DNA of 64,000 nucleotides from Gallionellaceae bacterium (GCA_008080515.1 VIKH01000002.1:57-64056), one strand, 5' to 3'; positions 57,001 to 64,000 are shown, counted from the stretch's first letter. Notes: generated by a model from the sequence alone, not told the origin. Numbers and translations: made by a program.

Positions 57001-57954
57001 CACATTGGCGACAGCTCGTACAATCCTTCGAGCGCTGCCGGATACGTTTCGGTGAAAAACTACCAGGCTGCGGCGGGCTTCGACATCGCAGCCGCGCCTG
57101 CCTACAACCGGAGCACCATCGGCAGTCTGGCGGTCAACATGCCGGTGGACGCTTTTAGCGTGAAAGATTGGTGGGGCAGCGGCGATCAGCGCGTCGGGCT
57201 GCATTCCGTTAAACCGCAATGCGCCTGGAGCGGCAGCGGTTCCTACGCCGACATGTATCACGGCGTCACGCCGCCCGCCAACGGCACGGATGGGCCGGGT
57301 ACGGCCAGCGACACCGGAGCGCGCCACGACGGGGTGCTGACCATCCAGATCGTCAAGGACACCACGCCGGCCAGCGCGGTGGAAGAGAACGTTGCGGGGC
57401 GGCCGGAATATGGTTACCGGGTCAAACACGCGAACTTCTATGATTACGTGCTGGTTGAATACATCTTCTACTGGCATCACCCGCGCGACATGTGTTACGA
57501 AACCTCCGGCACGGCATGGGATCAGGTCAATAACGACGGCAATGCCTGGAACACGGAGGCGCTGATGACCGGAAACGGCTGGACCAAAGCGCCGCCGGAA
57601 GATAACGCGGTATCCACCGCCAGCAGCAACCCGGCCGCAGGCTCCACTGACCCGAAAATCGGCGTGCTGGGCAGTACCGGCACCGTGGCGTCCACCGCCA
57701 CCACCGTCGTGGGCAACGTGACCACGACCACCATCACCTACACCGACGGCACCAGCCAGACTATCGTGCAGACCGCCAATAACGACGGCACCGTGACCAT
57801 TGTAATCACGATGTACGATGCTGCCGGTGCGGTCGCGAGCACGACAACCAGCACCATCGCCAATGCTGCCGGGGCGGTCAAGACCGGCGGGGACGAGCGC
57901 GGGTTGCAGGCGCGCACCGGGCGCATTTCCTGGCACGAACTGATCCGCCCCTGA
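54061..57954 (+). CDS. pilY1: PilY1/PilC-family tip-associated protein (1297 aa), atypical architecture
   Basis: Signal peptide MPNFLLKPQKLQALCTVAFLGIAVAATGSALA. PilY1 propeller hallmarks: YWGGNLFAY, GSNDGMLHAINA, DTNGDGYADRVYAGDLNGTLWKFD (55414-55485), and terminal GRISWHELI. Start set to ATG 54061. Confidence 0.88.
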   Translation: MPNFLLKPQKLQALCTVAFLGIAVAATGSALAVTAFAPANQPVGYVSQDEATNYNLTAGNETLFRTEYKRDYWGGNLFAYPVDAAGNVQAGADRWGNGAKDHIDAQNWDTGRLIATMKDDGTRVAFRPASLSVTQQASLAATTNGTAYTGADIVNFLRGDRSNEGSTSLRQRSTVLGDIIHSRPYFVNDEDNPTIFVGSNDGMLHAINATGAAPAPSAAESCSTSSIVSTSTSCSGVSTTTSTPITTCSKPLSSCASCGSEHWSYVPSMLIGKLKSLAYSPADAALPFAHDYFVDGQISIGNITISGASHRVLIGGLGSGGKGLYALDITGSAGLTAASEAEVANKILWEITPTAVNYATPTAHTSAATTVASAAAYSKLGYTYGKPTITRINYGGTAMDVVIIGNGYDDTAAGESYLYVINAATGALIRAIQAGASGAANPNGLSSPAVLDTNGDGYADRVYAGDLNGTLWKFDLSSTNVSSWSVSALLVTSPAQAITTTPGVGAHPNGGYMVSFGTGKVFAGAYGTYDHAASTWTSASTGDLGDSAVHYVYGVWDGAPASNAGVLWQTITERAYTINITVTTCSATGETIQTSVPSAATRVRRSTANAPNWASGGTKYWKVALPPGERVIGEGSFTENGRFYFIGYNPTVAPYQVSGTNTDIFGENWLMELNYLTGGSSTTPFLDMDSNLLLNDSDRIAYIASDTKPAGKVDGDRIVAGNDAFGNVVSRNEDGIPVGKWISSGTQSQPILVQLQTLNTTLFNQNPDVIFPPTTTVSRGVAGGHFDVDNFYGATNNCTNVAGAGSKAAGGRIDFTYSGNKTVSSFSITINGTNILTANNPGSQSRSNLESWVAANSSSADYDITVSSNRINIRAKNVGSAFNASTANMVVSGTGIASGDYSKTALSGGANETPPIYSSSSTVCTYVRHEHEYDDKYDKTGVNMLNASQSAYNLSNAIPSASTNFKVLMMNQYLSPAVSLHIGDSSYNPSSAAGYVSVKNYQAAAGFDIAAAPAYNRSTIGSLAVNMPVDAFSVKDWWGSGDQRVGLHSVKPQCAWSGSGSYADMYHGVTPPANGTDGPGTASDTGARHDGVLTIQIVKDTTPASAVEENVAGRPEYGYRVKHANFYDYVLVEYIFYWHHPRDMCYETSGTAWDQVNNDGNAWNTEALMTGNGWTKAPPEDNAVSTASSNPAAGSTDPKIGVLGSTGTVASTATTVVGNVTTTTITYTDGTSQTIVQTANNDGTVTIVITMYDAAGAVASTTTSTIANAAGAVKTGGDERGLQARTGRISWHELIRP

Positions 57955-57993
57955 ACGCCCGCCACCACCCGCATACCGGACAGGAGACAAATC

Positions 57994-58431
57994 ATGCAGA
58001 CAGATCGCAGCGGAGGCTTCAGCCTGGCCGAACTGATGGTCGCGGTGGTGATCGTCGCCATCCTCGCCGCCATCGCCGTACCGAGCTACAGCAGCTATGT
58101 GGTACGCGGTTCGCGCGCCGCCGTGCAGGCCGAGCTGCTGGAGCTGGCCAGCTTGCAGGAAAAGATATTTCTCAACTCCAACGCCTACACCCCGAGCGTG
58201 ACAGCCGCCTACAACGGCACATCGGCGGGCGGGCTGGGCAAAACCGGCGGGCAGACTCCCGACGGCAAATACGCCTTCAGCCTGGACATCGCTGTGCCAA
58301 GCCAGATATTCACCCTTACCGCAACGCCGGTTGCCGGTAAATCTCAAGCTGGAGACGGCGCGCTGACCATCAGCGAAAACGGCCAGCGCTGCTGGTACGC
58401 GGGCGGCGCTGCCGCCTGCACCGCCTGGTAG
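57994..58431 (+). CDS. pilE: Type IV pilin PilE-type (minor pilin)
   Basis: GGFSLAELMVAVVIVAILAAIAVPSYSSYVVRGSRAAVQAEL... and a C-terminal Cys pair (C...C). Confidence 0.9.
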   Translation: MQTDRSGGFSLAELMVAVVIVAILAAIAVPSYSSYVVRGSRAAVQAELLELASLQEKIFLNSNAYTPSVTAAYNGTSAGGLGKTGGQTPDGKYAFSLDIAVPSQIFTLTATPVAGKSQAGDGALTISENGQRCWYAGGAAACTAW

Positions 58432-58559
58432 CCCGGCTGGCCGAGTCGGCCTGGAGTTTGCGCCTCGCCCCGGCCCTGCAATAAACCCAGATAACCCATT
58501 AGCCGAAATCGGGCAAGAAAGGCCGCTCGTGGCCTCGCAGAGGTTCTCGCACCCTTCGG

Positions 58560-58722
58560 GTGTGAGCCTGTCGAACCATGTGCGGCCCTTCGACAAGAAT
58601 CTCAGGGCGAACGGATTTTTGACTATTGATCCGGCACGATTTGAACTTGATTGCCGTTCGTGCTGCCCGTCGAAGCACAAGAATCCGTTCACATTTCGAC
58701 AAGCTCAGGACAGGCTCCGGGC
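58560..58722. repeat. Two copies of a dispersed short element (translation signature SLSNH..PFDK.LRANG / FRQAQDRLR)
   Basis: 58562-58615 (...CTGTCGAACCATGTGCGGCCCTTCGACAAGAATCTCAGGGCGAACGG) and 58667-58720 (...CCGTCGAAGCACAAGAATCCGTTCACATTTCGACAAGCTCAGGACAGGC). GAACGGATT and AATCCGTTC form an inverted pair. I recognise this element type from many proteobacterial intergenic regions. Confidence 0.4.
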
Positions 58723-59218
58723 ATCGCCCCCGACGACATCAGCCTCTCGATCCAAAGCACCGGCTACGCGCTCACCCTCGGGGACGGCTCGGGCAGCAAC
58801 TACGGCGACCGCCTTTCCGGCGCCAACGCCACCCTCGTCGGCGGGGCGGGGGGCGACACTTATTCCTATCAGGCGGGCGACGGCATAGTGCGCATCAAGG
58901 ATGCCGTCATCGCGGGGGATACCAACACCCTCAAGTTCGGCGCGGGCATTACAGCCGGCCAGATCAGGCTCGGCCTGGGATCGCTCAAGCTCGACCTCGG
59001 CCCTTCGGCAAGCTCAGGGCAGGCGCGCGATGAAATCCACCTGGACGGCTTCAACCCCGATGACGCCTTTAACACATCCACCATCCAGCGTTTCGAGTTC
59101 GACGGCGGCAGCACCCTCACCACGGCAGAACTGCTCGCGCGCGGCTTCGATCTGGATGGCACGGCGGGGCTTCGATCTGGATGGCACGGCGGGAAACGAC
59201 ACCATCGGCGGCACAGGC
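58723..59218 (+). pseudogene. Internal fragment of an RTX-type calcium-binding protein gene
   Basis: APDDISLSIQSTGYALTLGDGSG...GGAGGDTYSYQAGDGIVRIKD...NTLKFGAGITAGQIRLGLGSLKLDLG...DEIHLDGFNPDD...IQRFEFDGGSTLTTAELLARGFDLDGTAGNDTIGGTG. It has no start, is interrupted by a 25-bp duplication, and ends at the TA module. Confidence 0.6.
59143..59192. repeat. Perfect 25-bp tandem duplication GGCTTCGATCTGGATGGCACGGCGG x2
   Basis: Copy 1 at 59143-59167, copy 2 at 59168-59192, both identical. Shifts the RTX fragment frame by +1. Confidence 0.95.
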
Positions 59219-59230
59219 CGACCGCATCAC

Positions 59231-59536
59231 TCAACCATGTATGGGCTTGAATTCCAGCGACACCCCAAGGGCCGCGCACACACGGCGAACCGTGTCAAAG
59301 CGCGGTTGCGCGTTCGGGCGTAAAGCCTTGTACAACGCTTCGCGGGTCAGGCCGGACTTGGCGGCGATCTCGCTCATGCCGCGGGCGCGGGCAGCATCTC
59401 CCAGCGCGGCGGCAAGCAAAGCGGGGTCATTCTCTTCCAGCACAATGGTCAGATATTCGGCAATGGCCGCTTCGCTGTCGAGATGTTCGGTAATGTCGAA
59501 TTCCGGCAAATCGGCGATCCTGATTTTTTTAGCCAT
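59231..59536 (-). CDS. Antitoxin, HTH (XRE-like) addiction-module antidote protein (HigA-like)
   Basis: 101 aa; ...AIAEYLTIVLEENDPALLAAALGDAARARGMSEIAAKSGLTREALYKALRPNAQPRFDTV.... Lies 3 nt downstream of the toxin gene. Confidence 0.88.
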   Translation of the reverse strand: MAKKIRIADLPEFDITEHLDSEAAIAEYLTIVLEENDPALLAAALGDAARARGMSEIAAKSGLTREALYKALRPNAQPRFDTVRRVCAALGVSLEFKPIHG

Positions 59537-59539
59537 GGT

Positions 59540-59836
59540 TCACTCCTCGATAGTTGCTGCCAGCCTGATCGCGCGGGCAATGTCGGCGGACTGCGTAGAC
59601 TTGTTGCCGCCGCCCAGCATCACGACCAACACTTGTCCGCGCTGCACGTAATACATGCGCCAACCCGCCCCGAAATGTTCGCGCATTTCAAACACGCCTT
59701 CACCGACGGGCCTCACGTCGCCCAGATTGCCCAGCGCGACCTTGCGCAGACGAACCAGCAAACGCCGTTGCACCGTCCGGTCTTTCAGCCCGCTGAGCCA
59801 GCCGGTGAATTCGGGGAGGGACCTGATCGTGTACAT
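59540..59836 (-). CDS. Toxin, RelE/ParE-superfamily addiction-module killer protein (HigB-like; toxin-first order)
   Basis: 98 aa; MYTIRSLPEFTGWLSGLKD...LGDVRPVGEGVFEMREHFGAGWRMYYVQRGQVLVVMLGGGNKSTQ. Confidence 0.88.
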   Translation of the reverse strand: MYTIRSLPEFTGWLSGLKDRTVQRRLLVRLRKVALGNLGDVRPVGEGVFEMREHFGAGWRMYYVQRGQVLVVMLGGGNKSTQSADIARAIRLAATIEE

Positions 59837-59844
59837 GAAACGAT

Positions 59845-59862
59845 TGTAATTGAACGATTACA
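59845..59862. promoter_or_regulatory. Inverted repeat TGTAAT-N6-ATTACA just upstream of the toxin ATG (possible TA operator)
   Basis: TGTAAT 59845-59850 and ATTACA 59857-59862, 9-26 nt from the ATG at 59836. Confidence 0.3.
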
Positions 59863-60098
59863 CCGGGGCAAGCTGGCGCCTTTGCGCCATTGCCGCGCTT
59901 CCAGAATGGCCAGATATGCGGGTTGGGCGGCGAACGGTGCGCGACACGAAGTTGAAATGGGGGCGGCATAAATGTTGGGGCTGCTGGGGATTTACCTCCT
60001 GCTGCTTGCGTGGGAGCGACGTGCTGCTGGGCGGGGCACTATTGCTCCCGGCGGGCCGCATCAGAAAAAGCCAGTACAAACATAGACATGCCGCATAG

Positions 60099-60151
60099 TA
60101 TATAGGCATCGGAAAAAATATATAGGCCGGTATATAGGCCATGGCCTATAT
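60099..60151. repeat. TATATAGGC x3 direct plus one inverted copy forming a 20-bp perfect palindrome
   Basis: Direct copies at 60099-60107, 60119-60127 and 60131-60139. ATATAGGCCATGGCCTATAT at 60132-60151 is a perfect palindrome. The block lies 140-190 nt upstream of the 60292 ORF in an AT-rich gap. Confidence 0.6.
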
Positions 60152-60291
60152 CTTTCGGCATATTGTTTTTAACCCGGATCGGGTGTAGGGTCACCCGTTT
60201 TGTGCGGTTCGATCTGGAAGGGGCGCGGCATGAAAGCGAGTCACTTGTGGCTGAAACGAATACGGCGTGAAAGCGAAAGGGAGGTGGCGTG

Positions 60292-60984
60292 ATGGGCTTC
60301 GTCGTTTTTGTTGCGATGGGGGCATACCTGCTGATCTCGCTCGGCGTGGTGACGTGGGCGGTGGGCCACGCAAAGAAGCGCGGCAAGAGCGTCAAGAAAT
60401 GGGGCTGGGGCGCGGCCTTCGTGATGTACAGCGTTGTGCTCTGGGACTGGATACCGACGGTAGCGGTGCATCAGTATTACTGCGCGAAGGATTCGGGGTT
60501 CTGGGTCTATAAGACGCTGGATCAGTGGAAGCAAGAGAATCCGGGGGTGATGGAGACGCTGGATCGTAATCCCCCCGAGCAATTCAGGATTGACCCTTTC
60601 ACCGGAGATAAAAAGCATTATCTTCTCCCGGACGGAGCTAATTTGATTGCTTACTACGATGTCAGGGGTGATTTGATGTTTGTAAATTTTAACAAACCAG
60701 ATGGCTACACAGGGTATTGGCTAAACCAGCGATTCAACTGGACTATCAATCAAGTCCCATTTTTTCCATTGAACCACATGATGCGCGAAGAGCAGCAAGT
60801 ACTGGATAGCAAGACAGGTGAGGTGTTGGCGCGCTATGTGGATTTTTCGGCTTCGCACGAGCGACGACAGGCGGGCTGGGCTGGGTGGAAGTTTTGGTTA
60901 CAAAGCGATCATTGTATTGGCGGTGGGGGTAATCAAGATAGTTTAAGAAGTTTTCGTGACAATCTAACTGGAGAGAAAAAATGA
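60292..60984 (+). CDS. Two-TM membrane protein with periplasmic domain, function unknown
   Basis: GGGAGG Shine-Dalgarno before ATG 60292. TM1 FVVFVAMGAYLLISLGVVTWAV, TM2 WGWGAAFVMYSVVLWDWIPTVAV, then ~170 aa hydrophilic. Its stop overlaps the next ATG as ATGA (60981-60984). Lower GC than the surroundings. Confidence 0.7.
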   Translation: MGFVVFVAMGAYLLISLGVVTWAVGHAKKRGKSVKKWGWGAAFVMYSVVLWDWIPTVAVHQYYCAKDSGFWVYKTLDQWKQENPGVMETLDRNPPEQFRIDPFTGDKKHYLLPDGANLIAYYDVRGDLMFVNFNKPDGYTGYWLNQRFNWTINQVPFFPLNHMMREEQQVLDSKTGEVLARYVDFSASHERRQAGWAGWKFWLQSDHCIGGGGNQDSLRSFRDNLTGEKK

Positions 60985-63900
60985 GTACTATCCGAGACCT
61001 GTTTCAACAAGCACAACTGGCCGAAGCAGCCTACGCCAATTTTTTAAATAATACGGGCGTATTGCTTACGAATACGAGCGATATACAAAACGCCCTCATC
61101 GCGTCTGGATTTTCCGGCACTCAAGGCAATCCACCGCAATCCGCCCAAGGCGCCGCCTTCCTCACCCAATGGGAAGTAGTTGATCAATACACCGCGAACG
61201 GATTCATTGTGGGTGATAACAGCGGCTTTTCAGCGACGCTGTTCAGAAATAAAACAACAGGTCAATACACCTTTGCGGTGCGCGGCTCGACTGACCCAGT
61301 GGCGGATTTCATGTGGGCTGATGCTAGTCTGGCCACTGGCGGCATTGCAATCGATCAACTGGTCTCGATGGTGAACTATGTGTTGCGCCTGGATGCGGGC
61401 GCCTCGGGGCAGACTGCGCAATTATTGGTGGATACGCCACCAGGGTGGCCCGCTTTCGGCACACGCACGGTCGGCTGGAGTAACACAATGGTGCAGGGTG
61501 TAGGCCCCAACATCCCATTGAGCAGCCTGACCGACCTTACGCTCACCGGCCATAGCCTGGGCGGCGCGCTCGCGCAGATGTACCAGCGGATTTTTGGAGG
61601 GGCGAGTGTCGATACGTTTAACTCGGTTGGGATAGGCAATCCGGCTTCCCCGATCTTCGATCAACTGACCACGATGCTGGGGTTGCCATCAGGAAGTTTT
61701 AGCTCGGGTACCGGTGGCAATCTATTGGTCCCGGGAGAAATTGCTTCGATTTTGCCCGGGACGGTGATGGGCAATCCTCAGATTGAAGTTTTTTCCGAGA
61801 CACAGAACACTAATATCGTTTCCGCGCATCTGATGACATATGTGACCGACTCCCTCGCCCTCTACAACCTTTTCGCCACCCTCGACCCCGCGCTCAACGC
61901 CGATCCGGACGGGCTGAACACGATCACCAACATCCTCAAAGCCTCATCGAACATCGCCGCCAACACCCTCGAATCTGCGGTATCCGCCCTGGGCAAACTG
62001 TTCCTGGTAAACGGCGCAGCCGGGTTCAACGGCAATATGTTCGACGGCAACCGCGACCTTCTGTATGTCGCGCTCAACGACATCGGCGCCGCCCTGCCCG
62101 CGAACACTGTTTACACCCTGCGCGACCTGTCCGCCTTCAACGCCGCGCAGATCGCCAGCGTCGCGCAGAACAACCCCGCCTACCGCTACGCCCTCGTCAG
62201 CGGCAACCCCTTCGCCTTGGACGGCGACGACGCCATCTATGCCGCGCACAACACCGGCGGCGAGCTCGACCTCTACGACCCCGCCAACGGGACGGGCAGC
62301 CTCACCGGCCAGTACCTCAAAGACCGCGCCGCCATGCTGCAAGCCAGGCTCGGGGCCAACACCGGCGATGCGGGCGTAATCATAGATGCGGGCGAGCGGG
62401 CGGCCTGGGCGAAACAGAGCGGCGAAGAGATCCTCTACCGCGACTACCACGCGGGCGGCGTTTACCGGGGGCAGAACACGGCGCAGATCCCCGTGCTGGG
62501 CGGCGATTACACCCTCGCTTCAAACGGCAACATGCGCCAGATCCAGTTCGGCGGCGGCCAGGGAGAAACCATAACCGGCGGCAGCAAAGACGACCGCCTC
62601 TACGGCATGGCGGGCGACGACACATTGCGGGGCGGGGTTGGAAATGACTACCTCGAAGGCGGGCAGGGTGCGGACACCTACCTCTGGAACGCGGGCGACG
62701 GCCTCGACACCCTCCTCGACACCGACGGGCTGGGCGGCATCTCAATGGACGGCCAAGCTCTTGTTTCCGGCGAAACCCGCGACGGCGGACGCACCTACAC
62801 CATCAAAGACGCCGCCGGTTATGACCACACCTGCGCCGTGCTCTCCGGCGACACCGGCGCGGCGGGAGGCGCAACACTGCTGGTGGACAACGCCCTGCAA
62901 ATACACGGCTACCGGAACGGCGACCTCGGCCTCAGCCTGAGCGGCGCCGCCGCCCCCGCGCCCTTCGCCCCCGCCCTCACCATCCTCGGCGACCTCGCAC
63001 CTTTAGACCAGAACCCCGGCGCGGCCGGCATCCAGCTTGGCTACGACGCGCTGGGCAACCTCATCACCGACCCGGCCTCCCCCCAGGCGGGGCGGAACGA
63101 CTATTACCTCAACGACAGCGCGGGGAACGACCTCATCGCCAGCGGCGGCGGCACCGACATCGTGGACGCCTGGCGCGGCGGAAACGACCGCATCGAGCTG
63201 GGCGCGGGCGACGACGCCACCCTGTTCGGCAACGGCGGCGACGACATTGTCATCGGCGGCGACGGCAAAGATGTCCTGCTGGGCGGGGACGGCCACGACC
63301 GGCTCTACGCCGGGGCCGAAGCCACCTTCGAAGCCGCGCTGGCCGCGGAGAACCTCGCCCCCGGCGGCGCGCGGGAATTCCTGGACGGCGGGGCGGGCGA
63401 CGACACCCTGGTCGGCGGCACCGGCAACGACGCCCTGATCGGCGGGCAAGGGAACGACCTCATCCTGGGCGGCGCGGGCGACGACGACATCAACGCCGAC
63501 CTTGAAATCACGGACATGCTGGTTTTCAACTGGGACGTGCGGCGCAGCATCGCGGGCAACACCCGCCTCACCACCTACACCGGCATCAGCTATACCCCCC
63601 CCGCGGCGGGCGGCGACGACGCGATCTACGCCGGGGCGGGCGCCGACTGGGTGAGCGCCGGTTACGGCGACGACTACGCCGACGGCGGCGCGGGGGACGA
63701 CGTGGTTTTCGGGCACGGCGGGAGCGATGTCATCCTGGGCGGCGCGGACAACGACCTCCTCTATGGCGACACCCGGGAAAACCCCGCCGCGGCCTTCCTG
63801 CCCGGCAGCGACTACCTGGACGGAGGATCGGGTGACGACACAATCTACGGCAACGAAGGCGGCGACATCCTGATCGGGGGCGCGGACAACGACGATCTGC

Positions 63901-64000
63901 GCGGCGGCGCGGGGGGCGACCTCTACCTCTACGGCGCGGGCGACGGCAGCGACCGGATAACCGAAGTGCTCGCGGCGGGAGAAACCAACACCCTGCAATT
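60981..64000 (+). CDS. Large class-3 (family I.3-like) lipase fused to extended RTX repeats; 3' end outside the window
   Basis: Translated by hand from ATG 60981: MSTIRDLFQQAQLAEAAYANF...SGFSATLFRNKTTGQYTFAVRGS...LTLTGHSLGGALAQMY (GHSLGG at 61548-61565). From ~62.58 kb there are many GGxGxD nonapeptides (GGSKDDRLYGMAGDDTLRGGVGNDYLEGGQGADTY...). I spot-checked three stretches of this frame (about 60981-61600, 61620-61860 and 62340-62700) and found no stops. It is absent from the ORF track because it has no stop in the window. Confidence 0.85.
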   Translation, partial: MSTIRDLFQQAQLAEAAYANFLNNTGVLLTNTSDIQNALIASGFSGTQGNPPQSAQGAAFLTQWEVVDQYTANGFIVGDNSGFSATLFRNKTTGQYTFAVRGSTDPVADFMWADASLATGGIAIDQLVSMVNYVLRLDAGASGQTAQLLVDTPPGWPAFGTRTVGWSNTMVQGVGPNIPLSSLTDLTLTGHSLGGALAQMYQRIFGGASVDTFNSVGIGNPASPIFDQLTTMLGLPSGSFSSGTGGNLLVPGEIASILPGTVMGNPQIEVFSETQNTNIVSAHLMTYVTDSLALYNLFATLDPALNADPDGLNTITNILKASSNIAANTLESAVSALGKLFLVNGAAGFNGNMFDGNRDLLYVALNDIGAALPANTVYTLRDLSAFNAAQIASVAQNNPAYRYALVSGNPFALDGDDAIYAAHNTGGELDLYDPANGTGSLTGQYLKDRAAMLQARLGANTGDAGVIIDAGERAAWAKQSGEEILYRDYHAGGVYRGQNTAQIPVLGGDYTLASNGNMRQIQFGGGQGETITGGSKDDRLYGMAGDDTLRGGVGNDYLEGGQGADTYLWNAGDGLDTLLDTDGLGGISMDGQALVSGETRDGGRTYTIKDAAGYDHTCAVLSGDTGAAGGATLLVDNALQIHGYRNGDLGLSLSGAAAPAPFAPALTILGDLAPLDQNPGAAGIQLGYDALGNLITDPASPQAGRNDYYLNDSAGNDLIASGGGTDIVDAWRGGNDRIELGAGDDATLFGNGGDDIVIGGDGKDVLLGGDGHDRLYAGAEATFEAALAAENLAPGGAREFLDGGAGDDTLVGGTGNDALIGGQGNDLILGGAGDDDINADLEITDMLVFNWDVRRSIAGNTRLTTYTGISYTPPAAGGDDAIYAGAGADWVSAGYGDDYADGGAGDDVVFGHGGSDVILGGADNDLLYGDTRENPAAAFLPGSDYLDGGSGDDTIYGNEGGDILIGGADNDDLRGGAGGDLYLYGAGDGSDRITEVLAAGETNTLQ

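Noticed and set aside
57600-57900. Thr-rich repetitive tail of PilY1 as a diversity-generating retroelement target
   Set aside because: No reverse transcriptase, template repeat or adenine-specific mismatch pattern occurs anywhere in the window. It is simple low-complexity sequence.
56818-58692. 624-aa minus-strand ORF crossing pilY1 and pilE
   Set aside because: Antisense shadow ORF. It crosses an intergenic gap and has a Gly/Arg/Ala composition without motifs, whereas the + strand genes have pilin/PilY1 hallmarks.
58651-59250. 199-aa ORF as an intact small calcium-binding protein gene
   Set aside because: Its first ~24 codons read through a dispersed repeat, it has no RBS or signal, and its last ~30 codons are frameshifted text created by the 25-bp duplication. 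It is better explained as a gene fragment.
60099-60151. TATATAGGC repeats as a miniature CRISPR array
   Set aside because: The repeats are only 9 nt with irregular 3-11 nt spacing, include an inverted copy, and there are no cas genes. They are better read as operator-like sites than as CRISPR.
63003-63998. 331-aa minus-strand ORF at the window end
   Set aside because: It is the antisense of the GGxGxD repeat region; repetitive GC-rich repeats stay open on both strands.

Overview
Almost fully coding, high-GC (most genes look 60-70% GC by eye) proteobacterial chromosomal segment, probably betaproteobacterial. In order:
(1) TPR/SAM-methyltransferase (0.4-1.8 kb).
(2) A minus-strand type VI secretion locus in H1-like order tssK-tssL-tssM-tagF-tssA-tssB-tssC-hcp-tagJ-tssE-tssF-tssG-clpV (22.7 down to 4.6 kb). 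It is followed by a low-GC cargo module (glycine-zipper protein, split membrane/toxin-like protein, ATGA-coupled small cytoplasmic protein) and a 34-codon vgrG stub.
(3) A degraded IS630 copy (22.75-23.3 kb).
(4) A redox/sulfur cluster (23.3-30.2 kb): cytochrome c, rhodanese, HdrB- and HdrC-like proteins, QmoB- and QmoA-like flavoproteins, metallophosphoesterase.
(5) A cytoplasmic Cys-rich GAF histidine kinase with a NarL-type regulator.
(6) An MSHA-like pilus/secretion machine headed by a PrsR-like sigma54 activator (44.3 down to 32.3 kb).
(7) An exosortase-locus-type acyl/amide module (44.4-50.8 kb): acetyltransferase, SGNH-like protein, ACP, acyl-CoA ligase, AsnB, NadE-like.
(8) The type IVa minor-pilin operon fimT-pilV-pilW-pilX-pilY1-pilE (51.5-58.4 kb).
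(9) An accessory patch: dispersed-repeat copies, an RTX gene fragment carrying a perfect 25-bp tandem duplication, and a HigB/HigA-like TA pair.
(10) A two-TM protein translationally coupled to a class-3 lipase/RTX protein of more than 1006 aa. This protein runs off the window end and is therefore absent from the ORF track.
No rRNA, tRNA or CRISPR array was seen.
Most noteworthy: the unassigned cargo module after clpV; the compositionally mosaic and apparently decayed T6SS locus; and the pilin-less MSHA-like machine under a PrsR-like regulator next to exosortase-type enzymes.
Caveats: all family calls come from motif recognition by eye, with no searches run. GC statements rest on hand counts of a few 60-nt lines. 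At least four genes carry single-base frame disruptions, so consensus quality must be checked before any of them is read as biology.
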